Source of the DNA: Candidatus Omnitrophota bacterium | Lineage (GTDB): Bacteria; Omnitrophota; Gorgyraeia; Duberdicusellales; 4484-171 | DNA length: 64,000 nt | Reading direction: 5' to 3' | Assembly (NCBI GenBank): GCA_043815185.1 | Contig: JBDRJF010000005.1 | Coordinates: forward strand, 3,407-67,406 | Shown here: piece by piece, positions 1-8,567 of the stretch | Position numbering within the stretch: position 1 is the first letter of the stretch | Layout of the letters: each line of letters starts with the position of its first letter | Made by a program: the position numbers and the translations under genes | Notes under the pieces: generated by a model | What the model was told of the DNA's origin: nothing | What the model saw: the letters and a program-made list of their open reading frames with translations, nothing else | Databases searched by the model: none

Positions 1-1136
1 CCTGAAGTTAAAATATTGTTATCGTTAGAGATGCCAGCGTAAAAGGAAGAATTATCATAAACCGCGGCAGGTACGCTTGTATCATGCCCTGAGCTAAAAT
101 CAGGAAAGCCGCTGGGGTCAACAAGATGAAATTGAGGAGTATCATCGGAAAAAGTAGTCCCAAACTTATAATTAGAAAAACCATCTGCGAAGCCTCTATC
201 CGCCGCTGAAATATATTCGCTATCCGTGGAAATGGGAATATATGCGGTATTCGCAATGCGCCCCAAATAATCGTCTGCCCCCAGATTAAATTGATTAGAA
301 GTGTCAGAGATGTCAGCTGTAGGATTATGGGTAAAAGCAGAAGGAATAAAAGTATAAGTATTATCAGAAACCGAGGTAGATGCACTTACATCATCCCCTG
401 AGATATAAGACGAAGTATCCGCAATATTCGCCAAATAAGAATCTGCCCCCAGATTAAATTGATCAGTAACATCAGGGATGTCAGCTGTAGGATTATAGGT
501 GAAAACAGAAGGGATAAAAGTAGAAGTATCAACATGATTAGAAGGAGTAGAATTTACAGAAACAGTGCTAGAGTTGTTGGTAGGTGCAACATAGGTTAAA
601 GCAGAAGAATCATAGCTGTAAGATGCAGAAGAACTATCGTAAACCGAAGTAGTTGCACTTGCATCATATCCTGAGATATAAGACGAGGTATCGCTAAAAT
701 CATAAACACTGGGGTCAACCAGGTGAAACTCAACCGGGGAAGGCGTATAAGTAGGCATATAATCATAGGAAGGCATAACTGCCGGCGGTTGATAAACCGG
801 GACATAACTGCCATAGCTATCCCTGCTGGTAACCGGATCAGGAACGTAATCATCAAACGAATAAGCAGCCGCTGGCGGGGTATAATCTCCGCCATTATCA
901 ACCGCATAGGCATTTCCGCAGAAGAAAGCCATTAAAGGATTAGTAGGAAGCGGAGCCGGCCGCTGAAAGATCAGATTGAGCGTAGTGGCATAATCCGGCC
1001 CGGCCTTAGAAGTTAAACCCTGATAGACAAAGCAGAAGATAATCATAAAAGCCAGGGCCCTGATCCAGAGTTTACAGCGAGGGCCGCGGATCTTTAAAAT
1101 TACTCCTGACTGTAGGCTTTGCCTTTTTTCTACCAT
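1..1136 (-). CDS. Repeat-rich Ser/Thr/Asp/Tyr-rich membrane-anchored or secreted protein, 3' end cut by window edge (not in supplied ORF track)
   Basis: Manual translation from ATG at 1136 (MVEKRQSLQSGVILKIRGPRCKLWIRALAFMIIFCFVYQGL...) stays open for 378 codons to position 3. One N-terminal hydrophobic helix. 56-aa tandem repeat FIPSxFTxNPTADIxDxxxQFNLGADxYL. ATG lies 4 nt after the stop of 1141-2361. Track ORFs 8-385, 596-913 and 723-935 are other-frame shadows. Confidence 0.7.
   Translation of the reverse strand, partial: MVEKRQSLQSGVILKIRGPRCKLWIRALAFMIIFCFVYQGLTSKAGPDYATTLNLIFQRPAPLPTNPLMAFFCGNAYAVDNGGDYTPPAAAYSFDDYVPDPVTSRDSYGSYVPVYQPPAVMPSYDYMPTYTPSPVEFHLVDPSVYDFSDTSSYISGYDASATTSVYDSSSASYSYDSSALTYVAPTNNSSTVSVNSTPSNHVDTSTFIPSVFTYNPTADIPDVTDQFNLGADSYLANIADTSSYISGDDVSASTSVSDNTYTFIPSAFTHNPTADISDTSNQFNLGADDYLGRIANTAYIPISTDSEYISAADRGFADGFSNYKFGTTFSDDTPQFHLVDPSGFPDFSSGHDTSVPAAVYDNSSFYAGISNDNNILTS
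251..533 (-). repeat. 168-bp tandem duplication (2 copies) inside the repeat-protein gene
   Basis: 251-366 aligns with 419-533. Anchors: ctgcccccagattaaattgat at 275 and 443, gatgtcagctgtaggattat at 309 and 477 (offset 168 nt = 56 codons). Shorter related blocks at about 389-419 vs 662-692 and 114-137 vs 711-734. Confidence 0.85.
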
Positions 1137-1140
1137 TAGA

Positions 1141-2361
1141 TTACTCTTGTAAATTACTCTTGTATAAATATGTTTGTGGCCTATGCTTAAAATCCTCTTT
1201 GCCTGTACCATCATACCTGAGATAATTCGGCCACACCTTTTCCATAAAAGGTTCTTTTATGGTATGGGTGTAAACACTCCCGGCTATGGGGTATAAACCG
1301 CTAAAGGATTGACGAACCATAAAAGCATCCTGTTTATCCATGTCTTTAGTAATACTGCTGACACCGGCACTGATTATGCCGGAAGGAACCGATGAGATGA
1401 GATTAACTGTTCCGTGGATAAACGCCTCCTCAAGAGTATTGGCTTTATGAAGGTGACTATTGGGAATAACCTCATCGATACCGGCAGAAACTATTCCTCC
1501 CGCCAATGAACCGGTAACACCGGCAGCACCGCTTATCCAGGGTTCTATATTCCCCTTGCGGTCAACATTATTGGCCAAAATTGCCCCTTCGGTTATACCA
1601 CTAACAGCACCCACAGCTGCGGATTTAAGGGCATTAGAAAAGGTGTAGTTAGGCACAGCTGACATCATTGTCTTGTCCCAGCCGCTAAAGTGAACACCGA
1701 CCTTTAACCCATCCAGCGTACCAAAAGGTAATCCTTGTCCAGTAATATTAAGTGCATTCCCTTCGATTTGCTCCTCCAGTTTTGCTGGAGAAACCTCCAA
1801 GGTGCCTGAAGGATTTAACAATCCCCCAACCACCCCCTGGGCTACCGAAGAAACAAACACTGTGGTAGGAACCCCCCATTTCTGGGCTTGGCCAACCATA
1901 TTTATCCCGGAACCTAACTGGTTAAAAGCAGCCATGGAATTAAAGTTTGACATCCAGGTTCCTAAACCGCCGTAATTAGCTAGTGCGCCCTTAAAACCGG
2001 CGTAGGCTGTTGTCTGAACGCTTCCCCCAATTATCTTTGTAGCACTGGTAAAACTTCCAAGAGAATCAGTAAAATTTTTAACTTCTGCTCCCCCAACTAG
2101 CTCTTTAGTAATACCTCCGTCGAGAAAGTCTGCGCCATTAAGCGAGGCATCAATCCCTGAAGAAAGGATATTGCCGGCAGTAGATGAAGCCAGGCCGATT
2201 CCTACGCTGAGTGCGAATTGGCCGGTATCGAATTTTTGTAGTTCTCCGCCGCCGGATGGACGGGCCAATGCCCGGTGGGATAAAACTTGAGCCTGAAGAG
2301 TAAAAATGGTTAATAAACTCAGCAGAATTTTTGTGGATTTCTTTCTGAAAATATTTTCCAT
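1141..2361 (-). CDS. Secreted Gly/Ser/Ala-rich protein of unknown function
   Basis: 406-aa ORF with ATG start. Signal peptide KKSTKILLSLLTIFTLQAQVLSHRALA/RP. Gly-rich, no Cys, no motif I recognise. Tightly coupled to the downstream repeat-protein gene. Confidence 0.6.
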   Translation of the reverse strand: MENIFRKKSTKILLSLLTIFTLQAQVLSHRALARPSGGGELQKFDTGQFALSVGIGLASSTAGNILSSGIDASLNGADFLDGGITKELVGGAEVKNFTDSLGSFTSATKIIGGSVQTTAYAGFKGALANYGGLGTWMSNFNSMAAFNQLGSGINMVGQAQKWGVPTTVFVSSVAQGVVGGLLNPSGTLEVSPAKLEEQIEGNALNITGQGLPFGTLDGLKVGVHFSGWDKTMMSAVPNYTFSNALKSAAVGAVSGITEGAILANNVDRKGNIEPWISGAAGVTGSLAGGIVSAGIDEVIPNSHLHKANTLEEAFIHGTVNLISSVPSGIISAGVSSITKDMDKQDAFMVRQSFSGLYPIAGSVYTHTIKEPFMEKVWPNYLRYDGTGKEDFKHRPQTYLYKSNLQE

Positions 2362-2429
2362 TTGTTTTGCCTTCCCTTTTTTCCAAACATCTTTTTGTTG
2401 TTACCATTACGATGTCTTTGAACCATTAA

Positions 2430-2459
2430 AATATAACATATATTATATATAACTGTCAA
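2430..2459 (-). promoter_or_regulatory. Candidate sigma70-type promoter for the 1141-2361 / 1-1136 gene pair
   Basis: Minus strand reads TTGACA (2459-2454), 17/18 nt, TTATAT/TATATT (2436-2430), about 70 nt upstream of the ATG at 2361. AT-rich context, so a chance match is possible. Confidence 0.35.
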
Positions 2460-2608
2460 CTCAAAGGTAAGGAAAAATAGCCTTTTTGAAAACATTTTCA
2501 GCACCTTTCAGGCTAAATTGGCCTTAGAGCCTAATTAAGAATAGCCAAACCAATAATATTTAGGATATTGTGGACATTAAGAATTGTAAATTGTTGATAT
2601 ATAGCGAG

Positions 2609-3475
2609 TTACTGACCAACGCTAAATAGACCTTTAGTAATAAAATCCATTATAATCGGGCCGGCCACAATCACCATGATCACTGGCAGAATGCAAAAGA
2701 TCAACGGAATAAGCATTTTTATCGGGGCTTTCACCGCAATTCTCTCTCCGCGGTTAAATCGCCTCATTCGGGAGTCCTCCGAGAGAATCTTAAAGGTCTC
2801 TTCTACCGGAGTGCCCATTTTATCAGCTTGAGCTAAAGTTCTGACAAAAGAAGTCACATCAGCGATATTGAGCCGCTTAGCCATATCTCTCAAAGCCTCG
2901 ACTCGGGGCTTGCCTACATTTATCTCCTTTAAAACAGTTATCAGCTCTTCGATTAAAGGATTAATCTCGACCTTGTTGATAACCCATTTTACTGCCGACA
3001 TAAAGTCTAACCCGGCCCCAACGCAAAGGGCCAGCAAATCTACTGTTTCCGGCAATACTCTGGCTATGGCATACTTTCGTTCATTCACCTTACTATTCAA
3101 AATAATCGACGGCAAAGAAAAGCCGAAAAGAGCCGTTACCCCAAGCCGTAATGCCGAGCTCTGGCCAAAGATAAAGAAAACAATCAGCAGGGAAAAAATA
3201 GCCATCAACTCCTTGACTGACAAGAATTCAGCCGGGCTAATCTTCCACCTGGCTAAAGATATCTTTTCTTTTAAGGATCTTTCCAGGCCCTTTAATAATT
3301 TCAAAATCAATCCGTTAACCGGGAAAAGAATACTTAGAAAAGGAGCAAAAAAAGAGCCCTGTTTTTTCTTCAAGTTATCGCCAAAGACAGAAATCGTATC
3401 CTTAGTTTTAGGTAACAAACCCAGGAAGAATAAAATAAATCCTGCAGCTAAAGCAGCATAGATCAGATAAATCAT
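2609..3475 (-). CDS. tadC: Tad/Flp pilus platform protein, TadC-like (T2SS-F family)
   Basis: 288 aa polytopic membrane protein with a T2SS-F-type cytoplasmic domain (LPETVDLLALCVGAGLDFMSAVKWV ... GTPVEETFKILSEDSRMRR). ATGA overlap with the upstream paralogue. Confidence 0.8.
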   Translation of the reverse strand: MIYLIYAALAAGFILFFLGLLPKTKDTISVFGDNLKKKQGSFFAPFLSILFPVNGLILKLLKGLERSLKEKISLARWKISPAEFLSVKELMAIFSLLIVFFIFGQSSALRLGVTALFGFSLPSIILNSKVNERKYAIARVLPETVDLLALCVGAGLDFMSAVKWVINKVEINPLIEELITVLKEINVGKPRVEALRDMAKRLNIADVTSFVRTLAQADKMGTPVEETFKILSEDSRMRRFNRGERIAVKAPIKMLIPLIFCILPVIMVIVAGPIIMDFITKGLFSVGQ

Positions 3476-4323
3476 ATTTTAATCTTTCCGAATACTACAA
3501 TCAAGATAATCCCTATTATCTGCAAAAAACCAGCCCCGATCAGGAGCAGTTTTCCCAGTTCATTCTGCCACATAACCTCAAAATGACGGGGATTAATCTT
3601 TAAAACAACTAAAGCAAATACCGGCCCAAGAAAAGAAATAATTATCGCCTGTAACCGGGCTTGAAGAGTTAAGGTCTGAACCATTTCTTTTAACTTCGAC
3701 CTGTCTCTTATGGTTTCAATCAGCCGGGAAAATACCTTGGTTAAGTCGCCTCCGGTCTCCCGGGCCACAAGAATGGCTGAAGTAATTAAGGTCATCTCCT
3801 CCGAAGGCATTCTTTTATTCATGCGGGTTAAAGCCTCCTCCAAGCTTACTCCTACCTTTACCTCTCTAACTAACAGCGAAACTTCCTGGCTTATCGGCGG
3901 GCTTACCTCCTCAGCCAAAGACTCAAAAGATTGGATTAAAGTTAAACCGCCTTTAAGGCAGCTGGACAAAATCATTAAGCTGTCGCCGAGTTGAGCGTTA
4001 AATTGAACCCTTCTTTTGATAGCCAGTATCTTTACTAAACAAAAAGGGAGAGCCAGGCCGACAATCATCCCAACGAAACCAATCCAGAGCATTTGGGTTA
4101 ATAAAAACCCTAATATTCCCAAAACTAAAGGCACAACGATATAGAGGGTAACTAAAATATCTTTCCTGAAAAAAATGAACATCTCCTCAAGCTGAGCACT
4201 GGCTTTTTCGGCTTTCTTCTTCTGAGCCTGATCCCAGCTTTTGAGGAAAAAACCTATTCCATAATAGGCAAGGATAGCAAAGGCAGCTATCAGCAGGATA
4301 TAACCAAGTACCAAAGAGTTCAT
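3472..4323 (-). CDS. tadB: Tad/Flp pilus platform protein, TadB-like (T2SS-F family)
   Basis: 283 aa membrane protein with a T2SS-F-type domain (LGDSLMILSSCLKGGLTLIQSFESLAEE ... GGDLTKVFSRLIETIRDR). Paired with the TadC-like gene as in tad loci. Confidence 0.8.
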   Translation of the reverse strand: MNSLVLGYILLIAAFAILAYYGIGFFLKSWDQAQKKKAEKASAQLEEMFIFFRKDILVTLYIVVPLVLGILGFLLTQMLWIGFVGMIVGLALPFCLVKILAIKRRVQFNAQLGDSLMILSSCLKGGLTLIQSFESLAEEVSPPISQEVSLLVREVKVGVSLEEALTRMNKRMPSEEMTLITSAILVARETGGDLTKVFSRLIETIRDRSKLKEMVQTLTLQARLQAIIISFLGPVFALVVLKINPRHFEVMWQNELGKLLLIGAGFLQIIGIILIVVFGKIKI

Positions 4324-4364
4324 TAATTATTAAAACACCGATTAATATTCAATGGTCCCGCGTA

Positions 4365-4393
4365 ATTATAAAATAATCACATTGATTTGCCAA
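4365..4393 (-). promoter_or_regulatory. Near-consensus sigma70 promoter upstream of tadB-tadC
   Basis: Minus strand reads TTGGCA (4393-4388), exactly 17 nt, TATAAT (4370-4365). It lies in the 92-nt gap between 4416-5342 and tadB, about 40 nt upstream of the tadB ATG. Confidence 0.5.
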
Positions 4394-4415
4394 GGTTAAG
4401 TTCTGAATTTTGAAG

Positions 4416-5342
4416 TTATTTAAGCCTCATCTCCTTTATTTCTCCAGTTTCAGAATCTATACCAACATGTCTTTCTTCTCCGCCTTGCATATTATAAAGA
4501 CTTATAGTTACATAATCTTCTTGCACTGAAATATCGTTGTAATTTATGTTTTTAAACTCTTCGGTTGAGATTCCAAATATTTCAGTTACTTTTTCGGAAT
4601 TATTGGCTAAGGCTTCAAAAGCAGTGTAAACTTTTCGTTGATGTTCTGCAACTTCAGAATTTACCCCGTAAATAAGAGCTGACACCTCATAAGTAGCCTC
4701 ATAAGCTAAATATTCATCTGTAATGACTGCAATGTCAGGGTTTTCTCTCTGATTTATTATGTGTGTTGCTTCATGGGCAATCTTAAATGCCAACCAATTT
4801 GTTTTTTCCTCCTCAGTAACTAAACTTTCAAAGGCATCATAGCCTACAACTATTACACCTGAACCCCTGGGGGCTAAAGCAAGTCCTGGATCATCTAATC
4901 CTTCCAAAAATAATACTGGCACAAATATCCCCTCTGGCAGAATACCATTCGCAATTAGAAAATCATGTGCACCTTTTACAAGATATTCATAGCTATTGGA
5001 GGGAACAAGAGAGTTTTGCAATCTCTCTGCTGACACTCCCCCTAAGATAGTATTTCTATTCAGGGCATCTAATAATTCCTCGAAAGAGAACTTCTGGCCC
5101 TGTAAGAGTATTTCTCCCGGCTCTAATACGTGACTGGGTCCCCATTCGGTTTTTGCGCTTTGAATTTCACTGGTCCCGCCAAAAGGCTGGTATTGCTCCT
5201 CCTGGCCTAAAACATCAGCAGCTTTTTTGTAGCTGCCCTGGACCCTGCGTTTGATATAGACCGACATGGCAATTAAAGCTGTGGCTACTACAGCAATTAA
5301 AAAAGCATACCCCAGAATAGCTTGAGACTTATTTTGCATCAT
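4416..5342 (-). CDS. Pilin-like N-terminus fused to an HExxH (gluzincin-like) putative metallopeptidase domain
   Basis: 308 aa. N-terminus MMQNKSQAILGYAFLIAVVATALIAMSVYIKRRVQG parallels the Flp/TadE-like N-termini at 7788-10870. HEATH at residues 190-194 (nt 4761-4775), then DEYLAYEATYE about 20 aa downstream. 14-nt overlap with the upstream gene. Confidence 0.55.
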   Translation of the reverse strand: MMQNKSQAILGYAFLIAVVATALIAMSVYIKRRVQGSYKKAADVLGQEEQYQPFGGTSEIQSAKTEWGPSHVLEPGEILLQGQKFSFEELLDALNRNTILGGVSAERLQNSLVPSNSYEYLVKGAHDFLIANGILPEGIFVPVLFLEGLDDPGLALAPRGSGVIVVGYDAFESLVTEEEKTNWLAFKIAHEATHIINQRENPDIAVITDEYLAYEATYEVSALIYGVNSEVAEHQRKVYTAFEALANNSEKVTEIFGISTEEFKNINYNDISVQEDYVTISLYNMQGGEERHVGIDSETGEIKEMRLK

Positions 5343-6177
5343 GATAAACTACTGTAATTATAATATCGCCTAAGCCTAAAGAAGTCAAGTCTGGGCCCTC
5401 AAAACCCTCCATTCGAGTAAGATGGATCAGGCAGGCTTTGCCTCCCTGTTTAAACTCTAAACTCACTCCCTCCATGGTTATCCCAGCCATAGCCGCTTTA
5501 GCCTGCTGGGGTATCTTAGGACAAGTAGGGCAATCTTCGACCTTTGATAGATCGTATTGCTCAGAGCCGATAGCTTCCTGATTACTGAGACTCCAGCCTT
5601 GCTGGGGCATCTTCTGAAGATAAAAACCTTTAACTGCTTCTATGCCTCCGCTGGCCATATACCCGGCTTGCAGGCCGGAAGGAGTTTTACGGTAATCTAT
5701 CTGTCGACTCCCGGGATATAGGGGCATAAAATCCAAAGATTTTGGCTTCTCAAACAAACCTAAAGGCTGTCCTTGCTCTGCCCCCAGGCCTTGGGCCTTA
5801 GGGAATTCGCCGACACTAATACTGTAGAAAATAAGCTCTTCGGCCTTAAGCGGAGAGAAGTTTAAAACCAGCATCTGATCCCCTTTAATAAAATTATAGA
5901 CCCGGCCCTGTAAAGGCCCTGGGGCCTGAAGCATTGGTAAATCCAGCTTTCCCCAGCCCTTTTTGCTCAAGTTTTGCTGATAAAACTGGAGAATCTCGCT
6001 TTGGCTCAGAGAAGAACTGTATTGATAAACCGTAAACTGGCTTCCGGATATTTCCTGCTCAGCCTGGCTGGATAAATTAGTCTTAGCCGGTATTGGAAAA
6101 CCAAAGATTTGTGAAAATCCTGAAAAACTGGTTAAAATAAAAAAGACTAAAACAACTGCTACTTTTTTACTATTCAT
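5329..6177 (-). CDS. Secreted protein of unknown function with an internal duplication
   Basis: 282 aa. Signal peptide MNSKKVAVVLVFFILTSFSGFSQ. Two related modules (SEILQFYQQNLSKKGWGKL vs EAVKGFYLQKMPQQGWSLS). Embedded between pseudopilin-like genes. Confidence 0.5.
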   Translation of the reverse strand: MNSKKVAVVLVFFILTSFSGFSQIFGFPIPAKTNLSSQAEQEISGSQFTVYQYSSSLSQSEILQFYQQNLSKKGWGKLDLPMLQAPGPLQGRVYNFIKGDQMLVLNFSPLKAEELIFYSISVGEFPKAQGLGAEQGQPLGLFEKPKSLDFMPLYPGSRQIDYRKTPSGLQAGYMASGGIEAVKGFYLQKMPQQGWSLSNQEAIGSEQYDLSKVEDCPTCPKIPQQAKAAMAGITMEGVSLEFKQGGKACLIHLTRMEGFEGPDLTSLGLGDIIITVVYHDAK

Positions 6178-6286
6178 CTCTGCCCCCTTTAGCTGACAAA
6201 ACTACTAAATAAACCCTATAAACTAAAACACCCTAATTAACTTCTTCCTTCATCCTTTATCCTTTCCTTCTCTTAAATCATTCAAT

Positions 6287-7774
6287 TTATTCCTCAATAT
6301 CTTTTATTGGCACGGCTAACTCCTCTAAAAGATGGTCGCTAAAGTCAGTTAAAACAATTGAGGCATCATAGTAAGGATGGGGACTATCAATTTTCCCATC
6401 GCCGGCAAAACAAGCCTGGGCTGAAGAGGTAGTCAGGGGGTATTCGGTACTCCAAACACCAAAATCTGCTCCCTGATAGCGCTGGGTTTGAATAACCTCC
6501 ACCAGCCGCTGGGGATTATCAGGAACTTCATCAATCCCGGTAATAAGATAAGGTAAGACATCGCCAGCGCTACTACTGGTAAAGGTTCCGTTAACCAATA
6601 AGCCCGCGTGGGCAGCAATGCTGGCAACCAAACCTTTTATTTCGGAGGCAAGGGCTAATCCGGCTATCCCTACTGCGGTACAAGGAAAAGGACAAGCTGC
6701 TGTGTCAGCCCAGCCTAAAAACCCCAAGGCTTCACTTCCAAAATACCAGGCTAAAGCCAGAGCAGCGATTTCTAGCGGAAAAGGCAGCATCGCAATCCGG
6801 AGAACATACCGCTCTATTGGCTCGATTGCTACCTGAACCGCCACATCATGGCTCCGACTCTGGCCGTCAAGCCAGGTATAATTCTTGATAGCGCTGTTGG
6901 CAACGTCGTCGATATTATCTTTTACCCAAAGCTGATATTCGGCCTTCTGGCTATCACAATTATCGATTAAACAATTTAGTTCTTCCCGGGAACAGGTATC
7001 TTGACAATCACCATAATCCTTCAAACAATCATTATCATATTCACCATCACTATCAATACAATCACTTCTAACCCCGCACCTTCCCTTACAATCCCTGTCA
7101 CAAGCTTTCTCACAGGCATCACAAAGGCTAATATCCTCTAGCCTGCAGCCTTTAAGTTTGGAAGCTGCGCCGCTGTTATTAAAAGCAAAACTATAGCCGG
7201 ACTCAAGAGCCCCCTGGTAATAATCAGCAACATTTTCGCGAATCATCCGGTAGAAGTAATATTGAGTCATCCAATAGCCAGTAACCGTAACCAGTAATTT
7301 TTTCATAGTGTCATTAAAAAGCTCCATTGAACCAGCAGCCACAGCTAAGGCTGCTAGGGCGTCAGCACAATATGATCCCCACAAAGCACAACACCAGGGC
7401 TTGGGACAGCATTTGGAATACTTGCAGGCAAGGGCTAAAAAGGTCATAGCCAGCGAGGTTTTAGTCATTGCCGTAGCCATAGCAACATAACCAATAGTAA
7501 AAGAAATCGTAGCCATGGCAAAAAAGTACTGGTAATTAACTATCATCTGGGAGTTGGCTACGGCCAGGTAATTAAAGGCTGAGGCCATGGTTGAAGCAGC
7601 GGCTAAGGCTCCGGCATCAGCAGCATTAGCCGAGTAGGTCTTGGTCTTGGCAACCTTTCCTATATTTACGGTAACTAAAGCAGCAATAATTACGGCGATA
7701 ATAAAAACAATAAAAAAAGGGACTAATTGTCCCTTATGATAAGCTAACTTATTTTGATTAAAATAAATAAACAT
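6287..7774 (-). CDS. tadG: TadG-like pilus-associated protein with a Cys-rich insert
   Basis: 495 aa. N-terminal TM helix plus a Tad N-terminal signature (VTVNIGKVAKTKTYSANAADAGALAAAS). 21 Cys, including KCCPKPWCC and CDACEKACDRDCKGRCGVRSDCIDSDGEYDNDCLKDYGDCQDTCSREELNCLIDNCDS. Confidence 0.6.
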   Translation of the reverse strand: MFIYFNQNKLAYHKGQLVPFFIVFIIAVIIAALVTVNIGKVAKTKTYSANAADAGALAAASTMASAFNYLAVANSQMIVNYQYFFAMATISFTIGYVAMATAMTKTSLAMTFLALACKYSKCCPKPWCCALWGSYCADALAALAVAAGSMELFNDTMKKLLVTVTGYWMTQYYFYRMIRENVADYYQGALESGYSFAFNNSGAASKLKGCRLEDISLCDACEKACDRDCKGRCGVRSDCIDSDGEYDNDCLKDYGDCQDTCSREELNCLIDNCDSQKAEYQLWVKDNIDDVANSAIKNYTWLDGQSRSHDVAVQVAIEPIERYVLRIAMLPFPLEIAALALAWYFGSEALGFLGWADTAACPFPCTAVGIAGLALASEIKGLVASIAAHAGLLVNGTFTSSSAGDVLPYLITGIDEVPDNPQRLVEVIQTQRYQGADFGVWSTEYPLTTSSAQACFAGDGKIDSPHPYYDASIVLTDFSDHLLEELAVPIKDIEE

Positions 7775-7787
7775 TATAACATCTTAT

Positions 7788-8567
7788 TTAATTTTGCACC
7801 CCAAATACATCCTGTTCAGTTAATGCATCCGGCGTATATACCGGCCAATATAAATCTTTGGGATCAGGAATAACCTCTTCTTGCTCTTCTAATTCAGCGA
7901 TCAGGGTATCTAAGCTGCCTATCTGTTCTCTTAATAAGTCTACGGCTCCCGGCAGGTTATTTGCAATGGCAGCTATGGCTGCATCAGTCTGATCAATAAC
8001 CCCTTGATAACGGTTGATCAGAGGATTAAGGACATTATTGATCCTGTTGTCTATTTCAATTATTCTCGCCTCAATCACAGTTAACCGGGCTTTAATCCAA
8101 TCTATCCGATCCACACAGGGCTCACATTGGCCATCCGGGCAACGCATCAAACAAGTCTGATAAAGTTGTGCCAGTTCAGCTTTTAAAGCGGTCCGCTCAG
8201 TCTCCCAAGCTGTCCGCTCAGTTTCCAAAGCTGCTTTCTCGGCCTTAAGCCGGCTTAAATCACTCTTAATCGGCGCTTTAGAGGCTTCCAATTCTGCTGT
8301 AGTATCATCGGTAAGCGGTTCCGTGGAATCAATTTGAGCCTGCAAAGCATCCCGCTGATCTTTAAGATTTTCCAGATAACTGTTGTCTACGGGCTGGCCG
8401 GAATTTTGGGTTACGGTTCCGGCAACAACCCGGGTCTGACTATATGCCGGCTGGCGCTGGGCAATCTGGCTATCACCCCAGATCCAGATACCGATTATAC
8501 CAAAGAATAAAAATAATCCGATAACTAAAACCAGAACTACCTCTAAAATTGCTTGTGACTTTATCAT
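7788..8567 (-). CDS. TadE/pseudopilin-like protein with a long coiled-coil body
   Basis: Likely start is ATG 8567 (MIKSQAILEVVLVLVIGLFLFFGIIGIWIWG), with a TAATG overlap on the upstream stop; the track start 8585 is GTG. Heptad-rich C-terminal part with a 21-nt tandem duplication (ETERTAW/ETERTAL, about 8190-8235) and a CLMRCPDGQCEPC motif. Confidence 0.5.
   Translation of the reverse strand: MIKSQAILEVVLVLVIGLFLFFGIIGIWIWGDSQIAQRQPAYSQTRVVAGTVTQNSGQPVDNSYLENLKDQRDALQAQIDSTEPLTDDTTAELEASKAPIKSDLSRLKAEKAALETERTAWETERTALKAELAQLYQTCLMRCPDGQCEPCVDRIDWIKARLTVIEARIIEIDNRINNVLNPLINRYQGVIDQTDAAIAAIANNLPGAVDLLREQIGSLDTLIAELEEQEEVIPDPKDLYWPVYTPDALTEQDVFGVQN

Noticed and set aside
8-935. Track ORFs 8-385 (-), 596-913 (-) and 723-935 (+), with Leu/Ile/Arg-rich low-complexity translations
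   Set aside because: They are alternative-frame shadows of the real open-ended minus-strand ORF (3-1136). That ORF has a sensible start, an N-terminal anchor and repeat structure.
2868-3461. 197-aa plus-strand ORF antisense to tadC; similar antisense ORFs at 3710-3994, 14507-14848, 17145-17585, 17791-18093, 40303-40614, 44473-44850, 58111-58524 and 63551-63943
   Set aside because: All lie fully inside well-supported minus-strand genes. They have Ser/Lys/Ile/Leu-rich low-complexity translations, no RBS and no recognisable motifs, which is typical of shadow ORFs in AT-rich DNA.
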